Source: Methanobacteriota archaeon (lineage in GTDB: Archaea; Halobacteriota; Bog-38; Methanoflorentales; Methanoflorentaceae). From it: a stretch of DNA of 64,000 nt. Under the pieces are notes generated by a model that saw only the letters and a program-made list of their open reading frames with translations, searched no databases and was not told the origin of the DNA. The DNA lies in the NCBI GenBank assembly GCA_963720465.1, contig OY970393.1:1120001-1184000 (forward strand), written 5' to 3'. This document shows positions 9,472 through 19,700 of the stretch, piece after piece; position 1 is the first letter of the stretch, and the number at the start of each line of letters is the position of its first letter. The translations under genes and the position numbers were made by a program.

Positions 9472-10446
9472 CTAACGCTTTTGGTTTGCAGACACTGCGA
9501 GCGAGGACAAAGAGTGAAGGAGAATCCCTGTGACCACCATGAGCGTCCCGACGACCGTGAGAAGAATAGTAAGCATCGTTGGACCATACACGACCTTGCC
9601 CCAGTGGAGAAAGTCTTGTACAACGTACGCGCCCGCTGCCAGGCCCAGCGCGATGAGACACGCTCCAGGAGCGGTGAACACGAGGAGGGGCTTTTGAAAC
9701 TCGATGTTGCGCGCCACCCCCACAAGCACTTGCATGCCGTGACTCACCGGGTTTTTAGACGAACGCCCGACGTCATAGCGTACGTCGATTCCCACTTCCT
9801 TGATCCGCAACTGCGCCTTTGCAGCATCCATGAGCATCTCGCTGTCGATCGCGAGTTCTTCTGCAGCGAACTTGAAAAAAGGTGCGCTCTTCATCGAGAA
9901 CGCACGGAAACCACTTTGCGTGTCGGTAATGCTGATGCCCCCGTTGATTCCCCAACGGGTGACCCGGTCAAGGACTGTTTGTCCAAACCTTCGGTATCGC
10001 GGTATGTTCCTTGCCGCGCCGTTCAGATATCGACTTCCATTGACGACGTCGGCTTCGTCGAGCAAAAGCGGTTTTGTGAGCTTTGGAATATCATCTGGAT
10101 CGTGTTGGCCGTCGCCGTCAATGATAACAAGGATGTCAACCCCAGAGTGCGTTGCATATTGAAACAGATCCCGTAAGGCGGCGCCTTTGCCCAGATTTAC
10201 GTCGTGAACCAGCACGTGAGCGCCAGCCAGACGCGCGACCTCCCTCGTTTTGTCGGTTGACCCGTCGTCAACGACAACGATTTCGTCGGCGTACTGAGAA
10301 GCTCGCAAGACCAAGCTGCCGATTGCGACTTCTTCGTTGTAGCACGGAATGCCCACCATGATCTTCGACAGGCACGAATCCACAGGTATGCTGTCTGCTG
10401 GTGTCGTTGTATCTTGCGGCTCGCGCTTAAGTCCCGTCGATGCCAT
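9472..10446 (-). CDS. GT2, DPM/DPG-synthase-like with C-terminal TM helices
   Basis: IPCYNEE, VVDDGSTD, NLGKGAA, IDGDGQHDP, GSRY and DTQSGFRAF motifs. Start uncertain (ORF open to 10548). Confidence 0.9.
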   Translation of the reverse strand: MASTGLKREPQDTTTPADSIPVDSCLSKIMVGIPCYNEEVAIGSLVLRASQYADEIVVVDDGSTDKTREVARLAGAHVLVHDVNLGKGAALRDLFQYATHSGVDILVIIDGDGQHDPDDIPKLTKPLLLDEADVVNGSRYLNGAARNIPRYRRFGQTVLDRVTRWGINGGISITDTQSGFRAFSMKSAPFFKFAAEELAIDSEMLMDAAKAQLRIKEVGIDVRYDVGRSSKNPVSHGMQVLVGVARNIEFQKPLLVFTAPGACLIALGLAAGAYVVQDFLHWGKVVYGPTMLTILLTVVGTLMVVTGILLHSLSSLAVSANQKR

Positions 10447-10889
10447 TGTGCGAGTATGTTCTCTCAGTTTGTTTCTATTCTCGGTGCTGATGGCATAAAT
10501 GTTGTTATTTTGCCCCTTGAAACCATGGTAAGAAAGGAATGGTGGCATTATCTCCGCTCAATGAAGACCTCCAGAATCTGCTTTTTTGACAACGCTAAGG
10601 ACGTCGGACACACATGAGCGTGAGACTATGTCCGTCCGAGCTCATAGTCACAGTATCTCTCGATTTCCTTTTTTTGCAGTCCTTGGGGGCGATCGGCTAT
10701 CAACCTCTTGTGTATCCGCTCGAGCACTAAGAGAGCGCAGTATGTGAAGCCAAAGTCTCGATCCGGATGGGCGACGTTGTGAAAGCATAAGGCTTCGTCA
10801 ACGTTGCGTGCCCATTAAGGTTCTCAAATTCTTCAGAAAGATCTGTTAGCGAATGCGACTGTGGACCTTGAGCGGCTTGATATGTTTGT

Positions 10890-11015
10890 TTCCGCGTCTC
10901 CCACTTCGCTAGAACCCTGTCAAGTTTGACGATTTTTACATAGCATAACACTCTGAGCCATAAGTCGTAGTCTGGCGCCAGTATCATTGATTCGTCGTGG
11001 CCGCCAATTTCGAGA
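10890..11015 (-). pseudogene. GT2 C-terminal relic
   Basis: IGGHDESMILAPDYDLWLRV matches the GT2 IGGFDE...DYDLWLR motif, with no N-terminal domain. Confidence 0.55.
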
Positions 11016-11043
11016 GAGCCAACTGTACAATTCAATGCAGTTC

Positions 11044-11340
11044 GCAACTCAACAGTGACACGTTCGTAGATGCGCATTGCCTCAACTATTTGCTGCTAGA
11101 GGCCAAAAGCGATCGTCGGATCGGGTTCGCCGAACCAAAGATGTACCGTCTCTATGAGGGGAGGCCGCACGCCATATAGAAGACGTTCGGATGAAAAAAG
11201 ATGCCCTTGGATGCTGCGTAGCGGACCACGCTTTTGTATTCTGCAGGCGGTTCGTTTAACGCGTGGCTCGGAAAAATTCACCACAGAGGCGCAGCGGAGT
11301 TTAATATGGACCAGTCGATGAACAAAAAGGAGTCGATTTC
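11044..11340 (+). pseudogene. Decayed copy of the GT2 gene 19701..20672, left part
   Basis: Aligns by eye to ~19970..20273 (e.g. ttctgcaggcggttcgtttaacgcgtggctcggaaaaatt is shared) with stops and indels. Confidence 0.9.
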
Positions 11341-11389
11341 TTAGGTCAGTCGGCGCGAACAGTCGTGAGAGCAGGTAGGGTATGCCTGG

Positions 11390-11950
11390 ATGAAACACAA
11401 TATCAAAGCCTTTGTTGGAAAGACGGCGACTACTCCAGTTGGGCCATTTGGAATCACGAAGATGAAGCCGATCCGACGATAATTAAATCGCACATCGAGG
11501 AACTGAACGCAAATCATGTATTCATCTCGTGCAATGCCTCGAGGAAGGACGGATATGTAAGAGACAGACCTTGAGCCAAACCTTAGGGGGTTGGAAGAAC
11601 GGCCGGAGACTCAAGTATGCATGCAATAATATTGCGACTCTACGCGGGTCTTATCTGACCCACCTGTTCAAGGGCATTAAGGAAGCGAATGCAGCAAAGG
11701 TTCGAGACAATTTGACGCGTGAGGTGGTGAACAAAAACGTTTCTTGCTTTCTTAAAGAGATCACAGACATTGGCACCACAAAAAAGACGGTCTATGTAGT
11801 TCTAGGCGCCGAGGCTGAGAAACAGTTCAGGAAACATTTCTTGAATAAGATGGGGGATGTCAATGTCATTTATATACCTACTATTCCTACTATGGCCGGC
11901 GCGTGACTGATAAAGAATGGGTAAGGGACTCTAGAAAAAACTTGGAATTA
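11390..11950 (+). pseudogene. Frameshifted hypothetical gene, possibly uracil-DNA-glycosylase-like fold
   Basis: Consecutive frames join as YSSWAIWN...LNANHVFISCNAS / RRLKYAC...LRGSYLTHLFK...VVLG...YIP / YSYYG with several frameshifts. The fold call is from motif memory only. Confidence 0.4.
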
Positions 11951-12379
11951 AGGCTAATTACGAAACGATACGCCAAAAATACAGATCATGGGGTAATGGT
12001 GCACAAGCGCCTTTTCCTCGGCACGCTTCTCGACAGGCAACGCCTCGAATGAAAGTTTGATGCGTCAAAAACAGCGGTGATATCAAAACTGCCTTGGCGT
12101 ATGCAGTGCACATTAGCACATTCAGATAAACGCTGTCGAAACGGTTGCATCTCTACTCTTCTTTTTTCATCATCCTGGTTCGTAACGCCGTTATAGTGGG
12201 CCCGATCATAATACTTTAACCGCGTCCGGACACCGATAATGGCCTCGAAAATGGCGGGGGCCGTGACGATCCTAATCACTTCTCAAATAGAGAAAATGTA
12301 TCCTAAATCGTCCTCTTGTATAAGGCTCATCGTATACTTTCGAGTTCAACGTCTTCGGCCTGTTTCAATGATGAGACAG

Positions 12380-12631
12380 TTACAAACGACAACCTGTCTG
12401 CGGGTCAAATCGAGGTTGATTCACAGTTTCGGTTCGGAGAAGCTTCTTTTTGTGCTCTTGAAACTCTTGTTCTGTGACGACGCATTGATCTCGCAGCGTT
12501 TCTAGTTTCGCAAGCTCATCGAGTGCGCTCACCTGCGGTTGCTGCGGTTGCATTGTCAAGCCCTCGCCTGCCATCATTTGCTTAATGCGCTTTTCTATCG
12601 TTTGTGAAGGAGGCGATAAGGTATGCCCCAA
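12380..12631 (-). CDS. SHOCT domain protein or fragment
   Basis: SALDELAKLETLRDQCVVTEQEFQEHKKKLL matches the SHOCT consensus; probably the remnant C-terminus of a larger gene. Confidence 0.6.
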   Translation of the reverse strand: MGHTLSPPSQTIEKRIKQMMAGEGLTMQPQQPQVSALDELAKLETLRDQCVVTEQEFQEHKKKLLRTETVNQPRFDPQTGCRL

Positions 12632-12664
12632 CGCCGCCGCCCGAATGAGCTTGAAAAGCAGAAT

Positions 12665-13627
12665 TTAGTTTTTTCTCAAGCAAAAGGCGGCCCGGTCTCC
12701 CTGTTGAGCCCTGTTCAATTGCTTGGCCAACTTCTTAAACACTCTCATCTGCCGCGCATTGAAAGCCCTCTCTGCATTCTCTGACGTTAATGGGATGCCC
12801 CTCACATATTGTTCGCTGCCAACGAATTGGAACGTTCCTGAGTCAAATACAGTATGTTCCAAGGTCAAGTCGGTTTTTTCGAGCAAGAATTCAAAGCTTT
12901 TGACGGTGTGGATCGTATAATGGCGCGGTGCATCTAATTGTACCCAGTTGGTGCCATACAGATCCCAAATGTATTCCGTTTTCACAGGCATTCTGATCAA
13001 ACAAACGCCATTTTTACTTAGTAATGCTGATGTTTTCTGAAGAGCCCCGAGCTGATCCGCTAGGTGCTCAAAAGAGTGATTGAAGATGATCACGTCGAAT
13101 TTGCCGCTGTCTGCCAGATCTTCAATGGTGATACTAAGTATTTTCACTCCGGCGCCTATGTGCGCCGGCGCGTACGGATCTATCCCAGTAAGATCGGCAA
13201 AACCAAGGTCCAGCAAATAATCGAGCAAATTGCCGGCGCCGCAGCCAACGTCTAGAATTCTCGAATTGGTTCTCACATGTGCGTCGCCCATTAGGCCAAA
13301 CAGAGAGGCAAATCCAGAGCTCTTAGAGGAGGCTGCATTAATTAATCGCCCCGTAATACCTTTCTTAAACAGTGTGTAACGATCTTTCTTTTTTCCCAGA
13401 GCTGCTATAAAATTCCAGTCTTGTCGATACTTAACTTTCTTAAATGGGTCATAATCTGAAGGATAGGCTTCTTCCATATCGCTCGGTTGATCGATTATTT
13501 GAAGAGAACCGCAGGCCGAACACTCGAAATACTTAAACACTTCTTTTGAGCCAAAATACATTTCTCTAACGAGAAGGGCCCTGTTTCCGTCCGCATTATT
13601 GCAAATCTTGCAAATCTTACAAATCAT
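12665..13627 (-). CDS. Class I SAM-dependent methyltransferase with N-terminal Zn-binding Cys pairs
   Basis: CKIC...CSACG, ILDVGCGAG, FNHSFEH and LDAPRH motifs; 9-bp tandem duplication gives MICKICKIC. Confidence 0.88.
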   Translation of the reverse strand: MICKICKICNNADGNRALLVREMYFGSKEVFKYFECSACGSLQIIDQPSDMEEAYPSDYDPFKKVKYRQDWNFIAALGKKKDRYTLFKKGITGRLINAASSKSSGFASLFGLMGDAHVRTNSRILDVGCGAGNLLDYLLDLGFADLTGIDPYAPAHIGAGVKILSITIEDLADSGKFDVIIFNHSFEHLADQLGALQKTSALLSKNGVCLIRMPVKTEYIWDLYGTNWVQLDAPRHYTIHTVKSFEFLLEKTDLTLEHTVFDSGTFQFVGSEQYVRGIPLTSENAERAFNARQMRVFKKLAKQLNRAQQGDRAAFCLRKN

Positions 13628-13670
13628 TTACAGTCTTACCTGTGTTAAGATGATAAAACGGCGGCGTGAT

Positions 13671-13943
13671 AGCTTAAGTGTTGTCGTTTAGCTGCGCGCG
13701 TGATACGTCAAGTCTCATAGGCTGACGCATCGCACGCCTATCTCCTGCCTCTATCAAGTGCAACCGTCCCCTTGAGTGCAAGCAGGGCTATCTGTACGCG
13801 TGCAATGCCGAAACTACTGCGGTTCTAGACCAATTAAACATGCCACCAAAAAACTCCTTTGTTGTGCGGGTGGGCCGCGTTTGAAGCGTTAGCAGATAAG
13901 ACTTAACGTCAAACGTGCGCAGCTAAACGACAACACATAAGCT
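13671..13943. mobile_element. MITE-like 273-bp element with ~48-bp imperfect terminal inverted repeats
   Basis: Left end agcttaagtgttgtcgtttagctgcgcgcg vs reverse complement of right end agcttatgtgttgtcgtttagctgcgcacg (28/30), continuing ~18 bp more with mismatches; no ORF inside. Confidence 0.55.
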
Positions 13944-13957
13944 TCATTGAACCTGTC

Positions 13958-15820
13958 TTATTGGACCAGCGGGACCGCTCCCACGTCCACCGTAACGATG
14001 CCTGACGACGCCGGATACTCACTGTCACCTGCAAACTCGGCGTGATAGATTATTTCCCCTTTCGTGCTAAAGGGGCCGGTGAACCCATAAGTGCCGTTGA
14101 CGGTGTTAAACGTCCCTTTCTCAATGCGCACCCCGTTTACGGTACACCATAGATGGACAGGTTCAGACAGTCCAGTAGTGCCGCTCTTGAGGGTGACGTT
14201 GAAGGTGACCGATTGGCCGACGGCGGGGGTGGTGTTGGAGGCAGTGATGGTGGTGGAGGTCGCTCCCACGTTCACCCTAACGCTGTCTGACGACGCCGCA
14301 TACTCACTGTCACCGGCGAATGAGGCGTAGTAGGTGCGTGTGCCGGCTGAGCCAAAGCTCGTGGTGACGGAGATCTGGCCGGTAGCGTTGGTGGTCTTGG
14401 TGGTGTCGTTGTAGCGAACGCCGTTGAGGTAGTGGTAGATGGCGACGGACTCAGACGGGAGGGCCGTTGTGCCGCTCTTGAGGGTGACGTTGAAGGCGAC
14501 GGGTTGGTTGACGGCGGGGGCGGGGTTTGACGTTGCGAGAATTACAGCCGTGCTTTGTTGACCGGATTGCGCGCTGGTCACGGAGTCTGCACCGCTTAAT
14601 GTAGTAAATTCGACGTTATTTGTCTTTAACCACTGTATGTACTGGCTCAATATATTTACCATAGTGGTGTTGACGTCGCCTGTCGTGCTATTCTCGTATT
14701 TCCAGTTGTGGTATGTGATAACGATGTCGTTGACCGATGTATTTTTAAGCAAAGGCTCAGTTTGGCTCACTAAGGAGTTGTAGGTTGAGGGTGTGTCAAT
14801 GTCAATGGCGCGCCCACCTGTGATCGTAAGACCTCCTACACTTGTTGTTGATCCAAACTCACCCGGGTAGGAGCAGTAAACGGTAAAACCGAGCTCGTTA
14901 AGCACCTTCAAGGTATTTTCGTCCCCAGTATTAAACGGCGGGACAAAGGTCGTCGGCGCAACGCCGAACGCATTCTGCATCAAACTGCTCCCATCTGCTA
15001 TGAGCCTCTCTTGCTCATAGTACGGCATCCCTCGAAACTCAGTGGGTACTGTAATGCCATACAGTTTGCTGTTGTCGCAATGTTCATACCCGTGTTGGGC
15101 GAGCTCGAACAGACCGCTCGACACAAGAGGCTGCAAATAATCGACAAACGTCGCGGATGAATTCTCGGTAGGCACCACGGACTGGCCAGTCGACACAAGA
15201 GACCGCAAGTATTCGTTAAACGAGTCGGATGAGTTCACGGACATCTCGGATGAGGTCACGATTGACACGTTGGAAATGCTTTGGCTTTGCGCCGGAAACG
15301 ACAGAGCTGGTATCACGCTGAGTGTTACGGGCACACCTTCGTCAACGTGCACCTGGTTAACCGCTTCGAGCCCGCCCATCGACAAAGGTGTAACATCGTC
15401 ATCGCGGAACATCACGCGCGTCCTACTAATCCTAGTATCTATTGTAATGCAGCTCGTTTTTGGAGAGTAGATAGAATCGCCGGCGAATTTGATCATCCAG
15501 TTTACCTCTGCGGCGCCGGTCGAGGAGCTAAAGTCATAGCGCCCATCAACGTTGGTCGTAACGGTCTTCAGATAATTCCAGCTTGATTGGCCCGGCAACT
15601 TATAGTAGACGAGGACGTGTTTGTCAGGGATCGGAGTTCCCGACCACGTGAGCCAACCACATACGGTGTACGTCTGACCGCGAAGTGGGTTTGTGGGAAC
15701 GCAGATAGCCGATAGCGTTGGAGTTTTAGTTGCTGCCGCAGAAACGGTTACAGCGCCTGCGAATACCACGGTGATGAGAAGAATGACTACAGAAAATGAG
15801 ACGATTTTGTATACGCGCAT
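13958..15820 (-). CDS. Secreted polysaccharide deacetylase-like (DUF2334/CE4) protein with Ig-like domains
   Basis: Signal peptide MRVYKIVSFSVVILL; N-terminal Ig domain; VMFRDDD, AQHGYEH, FVPPFN and ITYH motifs; two C-terminal stalk-type Ig repeats. Confidence 0.85.
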   Translation of the reverse strand: MRVYKIVSFSVVILLITVVFAGAVTVSAAATKTPTLSAICVPTNPLRGQTYTVCGWLTWSGTPIPDKHVLVYYKLPGQSSWNYLKTVTTNVDGRYDFSSSTGAAEVNWMIKFAGDSIYSPKTSCITIDTRISRTRVMFRDDDVTPLSMGGLEAVNQVHVDEGVPVTLSVIPALSFPAQSQSISNVSIVTSSEMSVNSSDSFNEYLRSLVSTGQSVVPTENSSATFVDYLQPLVSSGLFELAQHGYEHCDNSKLYGITVPTEFRGMPYYEQERLIADGSSLMQNAFGVAPTTFVPPFNTGDENTLKVLNELGFTVYCSYPGEFGSTTSVGGLTITGGRAIDIDTPSTYNSLVSQTEPLLKNTSVNDIVITYHNWKYENSTTGDVNTTMVNILSQYIQWLKTNNVEFTTLSGADSVTSAQSGQQSTAVILATSNPAPAVNQPVAFNVTLKSGTTALPSESVAIYHYLNGVRYNDTTKTTNATGQISVTTSFGSAGTRTYYASFAGDSEYAASSDSVRVNVGATSTTITASNTTPAVGQSVTFNVTLKSGTTGLSEPVHLWCTVNGVRIEKGTFNTVNGTYGFTGPFSTKGEIIYHAEFAGDSEYPASSGIVTVDVGAVPLVQ

Positions 15821-16048
15821 GGTGCCTCTTGCAACGTTTTTTGACACGCAGCAACGTGTCACTGAGCCTGATAAAAGCTGCGGTCTTAAACGGATAACGA
15901 AAAGCGGTGCTCAGTGCGCTCTGCTTTTTAGCCGCATGCGACCGACAAATTGCCGCTTTGTCGACTGTTTTCTTCACTTTTACGTGCAAAACTGATTGCC
16001 GTTCAAAATGGCGACCATTATTGCCGATAACACGCCTTTTCGGCACTG

Positions 16049-16576
16049 ATGAAGAGCATCACCGACTACGTCGAGAAGGAGCAGGTTGATCAGGTGCTCG
16101 CAGCGGCGCACCAGTGCAGCCGGCGGGACTACCTCACGCTGCGGGTGCTGCGGCGCATTGGGGTGCGCGTCAACGAGTTGCTTATCATCACGCCACGCGA
16201 CATCGAACCAAACAACAGCGTGGTCGACGTGACGAAGGCGAAAGGATGGAAGCAGTGGAGAGTGCATTTGGACGCAGAGACGATCAAAATGCTCTCCGAA
16301 TACGTTTCTGCACAACAACTCCCTGATGATCAACCCATCTCTACCCTCAAACAACGGCAGGTGCGGAACATCGTCAAGCGCTATGGTTCGGTCATCGGAA
16401 AAGACCTCCATCCGCACACCTTTAGACACTCATATGCGATCCACTGCGTGCGAAACGGATGAGACATACGACGGCTGCAGCAGGTGCTCGGCGATTCGAG
16501 TCTGAACGTGATGGCGGTCTATCTGCAGTTCAACGACCAAGATATGAAGGAGCTTTACGATAAAACACCATTCTAG
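16049..16576 (+). pseudogene. Small tyrosine recombinase/integrase (XerA/Int-like) with premature stop
   Basis: GVRVNE, KAKG and HPHTFRH, then TGA at 16460-16462 (probably from TGG); continues in frame DIRRLQQVLGDSSLNVMAVYLQF...TPF*. The LGH motif His is replaced by Asp. Confidence 0.85.
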
Positions 16577-16619
16577 CTGATCGCTAAATGAATACTCAAA
16601 GGAGTCTGAAGGACACAAA

Positions 16620-16746
16620 ATGACACCTGACGAGCTGCAACTCATTTTAGACGAATGGGAAGGACAAAAAATCGAGTTTAAGGAGGCCGTGTCGTCGACA
16701 AAGAACTCGCCGCCTTTGCCAAGCTTCGGTGGTCGCATCTTCCTGA
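16620..16746 (+). pseudogene. Truncated AlbA_2/Schlafen-like DNA-binding domain
   Basis: MTPDELQLILDEWEGQKIEFKE...GGRIFL is cut exactly where the GT2 relic resumes. Confidence 0.65.
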
Positions 16747-16891
16747 GGACGTGCGAATTAGTAAAGGAGGGATATAATCAACAGAATTGGGCTACTCGAT
16801 GCGACGTATTTTGCCTATTTGGAAGACATTGACTGGTGCTTGAGGGGCGCAGGACGCCTGGTATGCAACGGTCTTTGTTCCACGCAGGCAA
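16745..16891 (+). pseudogene. Decayed copy of the GT2 gene 19701..20672, right part
   Basis: Aligns to ~20277..20420 (gggctactcgatgc, cctatttggaagac, ttgactggtgcttgagggg and gtatgcaacggtctttgttccacg shared). Confidence 0.88.
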
Positions 16892-17090
16892 GTGCGAACC
16901 GTGGCGAGGAGCATTGTCGTGCCTCCGTGTTGCCACGTCGCGCGCCACGACTCGGCAGCTAGACGTCAAAAAATTTGGCGCGGCAGGGACAAGTTTTAGG
17001 GTGATGGGGTGCTCGGCTTTGCTGTCGAACGCGCAGCAATACGGGTATGTAGTTGTTCACGAATAGCTACAGGCACACGTTTGAAACGTC

Positions 17091-18221
17091 GTGATTCGCG
17101 TGAAGATATTAATCATTACTCCAAGCTATTACCCCTGTATTGGGGGCTTAGAAGTGGCTGTCAAAGAGGTTACTGAACGGCTCGCTCACAAAGGCCACGT
17201 CTGTTCTCTCTTCACGCTGAATACGTGCGACGCCAAAAAGGAGGAGGAATTCAATCGGGTTCATGTCACGCGGTTTCCTGCACGCATGAGCAAACTCCTG
17301 TTCGGCCTAAGTCCGGAGATGCTCGTCTATACAGTAAAAAACCGGCGTATCTTCAGCACTTTCGACATCGTGCATGTACATGGTTATTGGTCGCTACTGA
17401 CTTTGCAGATGATTTTTCTCACAAAGAAGTTGGTTCACTCAAAACAAAAGGTAATATGCTCACCGTACTATCACGCGATGGGACACACGAAGGTCGCTAG
17501 TATCCTACACAGAATCTTGCTCCCGTTTGGACAATGGACACTTCGGCAAGCTGACGCATTGATCTGCGTTTCAGATTACGAATCATCGTTGCTTCGGCAT
17601 AGTTTCCCAATCCCGCCTGACAAGGTATGGACCATTCCACCTGGAGTGGAAAGAATAGAGGAGCGAAGAAAACAGAAAAAAAAGGGGGGGCGGCCTATTT
17701 CACTCCTCTATGTCGGGCGCGTGGAACGGTACAAAGGGGTACAGTTTATCCTGAGAGCTATGGCACGACTCAGCACAGATTACCAAGTGAATTCGTCTTT
17801 GACCATAGTTGGAGAGGGAACATACGCCGGTGAATTAAGAGACAGCATCAGAAGACTTGGGCTCGAAGGGTCAGTTAGATGGCTGGCTAATCTTCGAGTT
17901 GAAGAGCTAGACAAGGAATACGCAGACGCCGACACGCTTCTTTTGCTTTCGGAGATGGAATCATATGGGCTTGTCGTAGCTGAAGCACTGGCGCTCGGAA
18001 CCCCCTGTATCGTAAGCAATACGTCAGCTCTTACTGAGTTTCTAAACGAACCAGGGTGTTTTGGTATTGAGCATCCACCTGATGATGGTGCGCTTGCAAA
18101 TTTGATATTAAACGTGTACAATGATGATGCCATCGTAGGTCAATTAAGCAAAAAGGTGCGTACATGGGACCAAGTCGTAGATGATTACGTGCGCGCTTAT
18201 TCTAGCGCGCTTGAGACTTGA
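17091..18221 (+). CDS. Glycosyltransferase family 4
   Basis: YYPCIGGLE, VHVHG, YVGRVERYKG and ESYGLVVAEALALGTPCI motifs. Confidence 0.92.
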   Translation: MIRVKILIITPSYYPCIGGLEVAVKEVTERLAHKGHVCSLFTLNTCDAKKEEEFNRVHVTRFPARMSKLLFGLSPEMLVYTVKNRRIFSTFDIVHVHGYWSLLTLQMIFLTKKLVHSKQKVICSPYYHAMGHTKVASILHRILLPFGQWTLRQADALICVSDYESSLLRHSFPIPPDKVWTIPPGVERIEERRKQKKKGGRPISLLYVGRVERYKGVQFILRAMARLSTDYQVNSSLTIVGEGTYAGELRDSIRRLGLEGSVRWLANLRVEELDKEYADADTLLLLSEMESYGLVVAEALALGTPCIVSNTSALTEFLNEPGCFGIEHPPDDGALANLILNVYNDDAIVGQLSKKVRTWDQVVDDYVRAYSSALET

Positions 18222-18335
18222 TTCGATTCGCGCGTCGAGAGGTAGCGTTTTGAACATAACGCGCGAAGGAGCCATGAGATAATCCTGCGTAGGATAAGCC
18301 TTGCTTAACAACAAACAGGATCCGCTTAGGAACAT

Positions 18336-19517
18336 ATGAAAGCGTCAATTGACGACCGAAAAACTTGCCATTCTGTGCTTCATCTGATTGACATATTTGA
18401 CGCGCGCTACGAGCGGGATCAACAGCGAATTGTCGCCCTCCAGTCGGAGAGCGAGTATAGTGTGACTGTCGTTACGTCAAAATATAATGACGAGTGGCGT
18501 CGAAGCCCACGCAGCGCGTTTAGAGAATGGGAGGCAGGTCTCAAAGGAGTTGACGTCCGCCACTCTCCATCAGTTAAGTTACCGTTTTTCGAAACGGCGG
18601 TTTATTTCCCAAGGCCTCGTGCATTATGCAACTATGACATCATTCACGCTTATGGGCCGTGGGCCTATTCTTCATATCTTGCGTGCATTCTTAAGGAGTT
18701 CACATCCACCCCGGTCGTTATGCGGGCTGATTTCTCTGAACCGGGGTACCAGAGGGCAAAACGAAGCCTCTTTTGGAGAGCGCTGCTGCACGCACAGTTC
18801 AGATACGCAGACGCCATAACGACGTTCACGCAAACGGAAAAGCATTATCTAACTGATCTCGGGATCGCCGAAAGGAAAATATGGGTGATTCCCGTGGGGG
18901 TAGACTTAGCCAAGTTCGGCAATACAGTGAACAGCGCGAGACCAGAAAACGAGCCTGTTATTGGCTATATTGGTCGTTTCGCTCCGCTTAAAGGCGTACA
19001 CCGTTTGGTCGCCCCTCTCTCTCAGATTTTGCACGAGTACGAAAACGTCAAGGTGATATTCGCAGGTCCACAATACGATCGCGCGTACTTCGCACGCATC
19101 CTTAAGGAGATGAGTCAATTTGTGAATTTCACGTACATCGGGACGCCGCAGGATTCAACTACATTCTTCGATCAATGCGACATCATTGTAATTCCAGGGA
19201 TGAGAGATACCGGTGCCATTACAGCGAAAGAGGCAATGGCCGCTGGCAAAGCCGTTGTTGCCTTTAACGTGTACCCCTTCAATTCTTATATCGCAAACGA
19301 AATATCCGGCTTGCTGATCGACGCCGAGAACGATATCTACGAAAGCTGCAAACGACTTATTGAAGACTCGCGTTTTCGAGCGAGGATTCAAAAAGCGGCG
19401 TTAGTTCAGGCGCGTGAGTTTGGTGATCGTGAAATGGTACGGAAAATCGAGACGATGTACGATTCTATTCTTACTTTTAAACGGGGCGGCGAGCACCAGA
19501 GGCGATTGTCGCAATAG
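18336..19517 (+). CDS. Glycosyltransferase family 4
   Basis: IPVGVD, YIGRFAPLKG and EAMAAGKAVV motifs. Confidence 0.88.
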   Translation: MKASIDDRKTCHSVLHLIDIFDARYERDQQRIVALQSESEYSVTVVTSKYNDEWRRSPRSAFREWEAGLKGVDVRHSPSVKLPFFETAVYFPRPRALCNYDIIHAYGPWAYSSYLACILKEFTSTPVVMRADFSEPGYQRAKRSLFWRALLHAQFRYADAITTFTQTEKHYLTDLGIAERKIWVIPVGVDLAKFGNTVNSARPENEPVIGYIGRFAPLKGVHRLVAPLSQILHEYENVKVIFAGPQYDRAYFARILKEMSQFVNFTYIGTPQDSTTFFDQCDIIVIPGMRDTGAITAKEAMAAGKAVVAFNVYPFNSYIANEISGLLIDAENDIYESCKRLIEDSRFRARIQKAALVQAREFGDREMVRKIETMYDSILTFKRGGEHQRRLSQ

Positions 19518-19700
19518 AGACACGGCTATTTCCACTCATTTTTTTGCACGGGGAACTGCAAGGATGATTTTCCTCCACGTAGTCAAGTGAGCGCGCAATG
19601 TTCAGACCGATCCTCTTTTGCAGATTGAAGGAATAAGCATATGATGAAAATCATACAGTTATAGCGTGACACCTATTTCAGAAAGAGGACGTATTAGGAG

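Noticed and set aside
9028-10176. 382-aa + strand ORF and similar antisense ORFs (6973..7650, 51954..52646, 53133..53807, 56026..56676)
   Set aside because: Shadows of well-supported genes on the opposite strand, with no motifs.
16460-16462. TGA in the recombinase as selenocysteine or programmed read-through
   Set aside because: The position fits Trp (TGG to TGA), a second catalytic change is present, and neighbouring genes are also decayed.
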